In this document: positions 17,182 through 20,198 of the stretch, one piece after another
Layout: each line of letters begins with the position of its first letter
Position numbering within the stretch: position 1 is the stretch's first letter
Source: a bacterium
GTDB taxonomy: Bacteria; Arandabacterota; Arandabacteria; Arandabacterales; JALGWA01
Direction: 5' to 3'
DNA: 20,198 nt
Assembly: GCA_050125095.1 (NCBI GenBank)
Contig: JASFEA010000047.1
Coordinates: 1 to 20,198 of the forward strand
Notes under the pieces: model-generated
The model's input: the letters and a program-made list of their open reading frames with translations, nothing else
The model's database searches: none
Told to the model about the DNA's origin: nothing
Position numbers and translations under genes: made by a program

Positions 17182-18055
17182 ACTTTCCCATGATTTCCGG
17201 TATCTTCTCCTGCGTCATCTTGCCGAAGAACTTGCCGTCGATCACGAAGACAGGCGCAAGACCGCAGCAGCCCACGCATCTCACCGACTCCAGCGAGAAG
17301 CGGTTGTCATATGTTGTATCACCCGTCTTTATGCCGAGCTCGCGCTCGAACCTCTCGAGTATATTGGTGCCGCCCTTCACGTGGCAGGCCGTGCCCAGGC
17401 AGACCTGTATCATGTGCTCGCCGCGCGGGCGCAGGCTGAATGACTTGTAGAATGTCGCGATCCCGTAGACCCGCGGCAGGGGCACGTTAAGGCGTCTCGC
17501 CACGAACCGTAAGGCCTCCTGCGGGAGATAGCGAAGCTCCTTCTGAATGTCCTGAAGGTACGATATGAGCATCGACCCGGAGTAATGATGCTTCGCCAGG
17601 ATAGCGTCTATTACAGCAAGGCTGGCCGGGTCATCGAAGGTGCGTATCTTGCGCTCCCTGGCTCTCTCCCTGGTCTCGACCTCCATGCGCTCTTTCTCGA
17701 GGGCGTGCGAGAGGATCTCGACAATGCTGCTTACCGGGCTCGCCTTGGATACGTAGTTATAGGCCCCGCGCTTGATGACTTCCACTGCCTGCTCGACGGT
17801 CGGGTCGGCGGTCTCAACGATGACGGGAAGGTCGGGCTGCGAGCCGCGTATGCCCCTGAGGAGTTCCATCCCCCCGCCGTCGCCGAGGTCGAAATCCAGT
17901 ATGACCGCATGCGGCTGACCGGTCTCTACCGCCGCGGCCGCCTCGACTGCGTCCCGGGCAAGCCGGACCTCGTAACCCGCCTCTACAAGCGCTTTCGCAA
18001 GGCGTTCGCGGGGCTTCTTCTGCCGCTCAAACAGAAGAACTGTAAGACCGTCCAA
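17174..18055 (-). CDS. nuoE: response-regulator receiver domain fused to a NuoE/HydC [2Fe-2S] subunit
   Basis: Residues about 1-120 are REC-like (VILDFDL, GMELL, PVIVET, GAYNYVSK); C-terminal part LQDIQ..YLP, GIATFYKSF, VCLGTACHVKG, CVGCCGLAP; TTG start. Confidence 0.9.
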   Translation of the reverse strand: MDGLTVLLFERQKKPRERLAKALVEAGYEVRLARDAVEAAAAVETGQPHAVILDFDLGDGGGMELLRGIRGSQPDLPVIVETADPTVEQAVEVIKRGAYNYVSKASPVSSIVEILSHALEKERMEVETRERARERKIRTFDDPASLAVIDAILAKHHYSGSMLISYLQDIQKELRYLPQEALRFVARRLNVPLPRVYGIATFYKSFSLRPRGEHMIQVCLGTACHVKGGTNILERFERELGIKTGDTTYDNRFSLESVRCVGCCGLAPVFVIDGKFFGKMTQEKIPEIMGKYD

Positions 18056-18112
18056 TAGGCTTGCCCTTTCGACTGAATGTCTATACCAGGCTGACCGGCG
18101 TCAGCATTGACT

Positions 18113-18496
18113 CTAGTAAGTGCTCTCGCATCCAACGGCCAGGACGTAACCGGCCACCGGGGAACCGCCGATTACATGCTCGGCGTAGATCTTTCGGGCT
18201 TTGTCGGGATTGATGTCTCCGTATTTGACCGGCGGGGCGTCGGCAACCTGAACGGTCAGCATGGGTTCGCGCGAGCAGAAGCCGGCGCAGCCAGACGTGG
18301 CGATGTTCACACCGTCATCGCCGAGCTCGGCGGCCGATTCCAGTACGGCATCCAGGACCTCCTGGGATCCGGAGGCTATGCCGCAGGTGCCCATGTGGAC
18401 TATTACCCTGACCCGAGGCCGGGAACGCGCATTTCCTCGCAGCTTCTTGGAGAGCTCTTGAAACTTGTATACGTCAAGCTTCTTCAAGCAACTCAC
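18113..18496 (-). CDS. thioredoxin-like [2Fe-2S] ferredoxin (HndB/HydD-like)
   Basis: VHMGTCGIASG, SGCAGFCSREP, EHVIGG; three-Cys pattern typical of HndB/HydD. Confidence 0.88.
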   Translation of the reverse strand: MSCLKKLDVYKFQELSKKLRGNARSRPRVRVIVHMGTCGIASGSQEVLDAVLESAAELGDDGVNIATSGCAGFCSREPMLTVQVADAPPVKYGDINPDKARKIYAEHVIGGSPVAGYVLAVGCESTY

Positions 18497-18554
18497 CGTC
18501 CCCAGGGCCCGACTTGCGCCGGCCGGGCCCGGCTCAAGAACAGCCTTCGCGTGC

Positions 18555-18896
18555 CTAGGCGGGCTTGATACCTGCCTCGTAGAGCTTTACCGCTATCTGG
18601 AAAGAATCAAGATCCGTCGTGATAACCGTAAGCCCCACGCGCTCCGCCATTTGAACGGTGTCCTCGGGCACAGCCTTGCCGCGCGCGATGATGATTGCGG
18701 ATATGTCAACCAGGTTGGCGGCGGCCACCGTGTTCTTATGGGTCTGTACCGTCACCCACACGTTCCCGGCCTGGGCTCCCGCCATCACGTCGCTCAGCAT
18801 ATCTGATATGAAAACACCGTGGATTTCCTTATCGTGAATGTCGTTAACGGCCTTGAGACTCAGCTTGTCCGCTAATTCCTTTACTGTCACCGCCAT
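18555..18896 (-). CDS. DRTGG-domain protein
   Basis: FISDMLSDVM, VWVTVQTHKN, AIIIARG motifs; GGAGG SD. Confidence 0.85.
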   Translation of the reverse strand: MAVTVKELADKLSLKAVNDIHDKEIHGVFISDMLSDVMAGAQAGNVWVTVQTHKNTVAAANLVDISAIIIARGKAVPEDTVQMAERVGLTVITTDLDSFQIAVKLYEAGIKPA

Positions 18897-18909
18897 GCCT
18901 CCTGTTTGA

Positions 18910-19452
18910 CTAAGCCGCCTCTTCTTCGGGTTCGAGGCTGAGCATGCCCACGTCCCTGAGTATGAGTCCGTGGCAGGTCTCTTCGTTCTTTCTCAGTGAG
19001 CCGGGCAGGACGATTATCTTCTTGCCCGGTGTCCGGAGCCTCGAGGTGAAATAGTCGGTGAGGACCGCGAGTTTCTCCGGCGCGAGGTCGGCCTCATGGC
19101 CGACGTCGAATGAAATGGCTCCATAAACCCAGATATTCTGGGACTCGCATATCCTGGATATGGTATTGAAATAGCAGCGATCGTCGCAGTACATGCACTG
19201 CATGAGGCCCATGAGCTTCTCGAAAGAGACTACCTCGCCGCATTCGGCGCACTTCATGTCGAACTTGATCGACTGGGCGCTGCCGGCGTAGTTCCAGTAG
19301 TGCTCGCCTTCCTTGTGCTCCTCCTTGGGCGGCACGTCCTCGAAGGTGAAATACGTGCGGAGCATGCCGCAGTGGTAGCACTTCTCATTGACCAGGAAGC
19401 CGTACTTGACGTTAGTCATCTTCCATTTGTGCTTACACTTCCCTGAAGCCAT
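18910..19452 (-). CDS. uncharacterised Cys-rich (putative Zn/Fe-binding) protein, first gene of the operon
   Basis: 180-aa ORF with AGGAG SD and operon-like codon usage; motifs CKHKW, CYHCG, CAECG, CMYCDDRC, TCHG. Confidence 0.8.
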   Translation of the reverse strand: MASGKCKHKWKMTNVKYGFLVNEKCYHCGMLRTYFTFEDVPPKEEHKEGEHYWNYAGSAQSIKFDMKCAECGEVVSFEKLMGLMQCMYCDDRCYFNTISRICESQNIWVYGAISFDVGHEADLAPEKLAVLTDYFTSRLRTPGKKIIVLPGSLRKNEETCHGLILRDVGMLSLEPEEEAA

Positions 19453-19511
19453 GTTCTACTCCTGCAACAGTTGAGGGCAAATCAATACTAGGGGTCAGTA
19501 AACATGAAAGC

Positions 19512-19540
19512 AGTATAGAGGAGGCAAGTCCGGGTGTCAA
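19512..19540 (-). promoter_or_regulatory. sigma70 promoter of the redox operon
   Basis: TTGACA (19540-19535), 17-nt spacer, TATACT (19517-19512), about 60 nt upstream of ATG 19452. Confidence 0.8.
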
Positions 19541-19712
19541 GACTGAACTGCCCGGCATGGGCCCGCGGCGCGCGGCCTGCAGCGCCTGACCCGCGGCGTT
19601 CACGGCCCGGATATGACATCGCCCCGTAAGACCCTCCGGGAACCCGGACCTCCTGCCCGACGCGCTGAGGGCCCATTTTACCGGATGAAATAAAGTTCGC
19701 ATAATAACACGC

Positions 19713-19742
19713 TTGACATGCCATTTGGGCATGGTGTAAGCT
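19713..19742 (+). promoter_or_regulatory. candidate sigma70 promoter of the divergent gene
   Basis: TTGACA (19713-19718), 18-nt spacer, TAAGCT (19737-19742); contains the inverted repeat CATGCC-N5-GGCATG. Confidence 0.55.
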
Positions 19743-19887
19743 TCTTGCAAGCCCACCGAGCTGCACCGGGGGCATGTATGGGCCATTATGCGTGATGTGG
19801 CATAGCCACATGCATCCGGAACGGCTCGGTGCACCCGGGCTCTGAGGCCCGGGCACAAGCCCTCACGCAAGGGAGGTGAGACAAATA

Positions 19888-20198
19888 ATGAGGAAGGCTA
19901 TTGTTCTGGGTTGTGTTGCCGTCGCTCTGGCTCTCGGCGGGGTCTATCTGACCGGCCGGACGGATTCGGCGACCCACGAAGACTCACCGGCTTTCCAGGC
20001 CCTGCTCGATGAGGCGATCGCCCGGCTGGACGGCGTCCCGCAGAAGATTACGGCGACGACGGCCGCAGACGCGGTGGCCGCGCCGGCCCAGCCCGACCCC
20101 ACCATGTACGGCTATGATACCTGCGACCGCGACAACACCGACTGCATTGATCTGACATACGATGCATCATCGCCGACCTGCATCGCGGGCGAGGTGAC
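19888..20198 (+). CDS. secreted or membrane-anchored hypothetical protein, truncated by the window end
   Basis: GGAGGTGA SD; ATG 19888 reads MRKAIVLGCVAVALALGGVYL (signal-like)...PTMYGYDTCDRDNTDCIDLTYDASSPTCIAGEV, open to the end; absent from the ORF track. Confidence 0.75.
   Translation, partial: MRKAIVLGCVAVALALGGVYLTGRTDSATHEDSPAFQALLDEAIARLDGVPQKITATTAADAVAAPAQPDPTMYGYDTCDRDNTDCIDLTYDASSPTCIAGEV

Noticed and set aside
15247-18055. Respiratory complex I operon
   Set aside because: No membrane or other nuo subunits; the cluster content and context are those of soluble HydBC-type modules
19370-19381. Heme c motif in the Cys-rich leader protein
   Set aside because: Motifs are CYHCG and CAECG, not CxxCH, and there is no signal peptide
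19433-19977. Minus-strand ORFs 19433..19870, 19488..19856 and 19786..19977
   Set aside because: They overlap the divergent promoters or the plus-strand gene, and have no convincing SD or protein-like composition

Overview
GC-rich anaerobic-type bacterial DNA. Most of the window (891-19452, minus strand) is one tightly packed 17-gene operon driven by a near-consensus sigma70 promoter (TTGACA-17-TATACT). It encodes a large soluble flavin/Fe-S redox system. The NADH module is HydBC/NuoEF(G)-type: an HndB-like ferredoxin, a receiver-domain-NuoE fusion, a NuoF with bifurcating-type motifs, and a short NuoG/HydA N-terminal-like Fe-S subunit with no catalytic domain. It is followed by five HdrA modules, two MvhD paralogues, an HdrD-like CCG protein and an HdrA/GltD hybrid (HdrL-like) split at an in-frame TAG-ATG. 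Regulatory genes bracket the operon: two DRTGG proteins, an RsbT-like kinase and a sensory-type [FeFe]-hydrogenase-like protein. Two genes are selenoproteins that the ORF track truncates: HdrA (DCSI-U, TGA 10942-10944) and MvhD (CCRW-U, TGA 7708-7710), each followed by a SECIS-like hairpin. The layout resembles the BamD-I electron-bifurcating module but has no catalytic W/Mo or hydrogenase subunit. Unusual extras are a wHTH fused to Sec-MvhD, a receiver domain fused to NuoE, histone-H1-like basic tails on several subunits, and an uncharacterised Cys-rich leader gene. The flanks hold a lower-GC exported-protein gene bracketed by a 12-bp direct repeat and a divergent, truncated secreted-protein gene.
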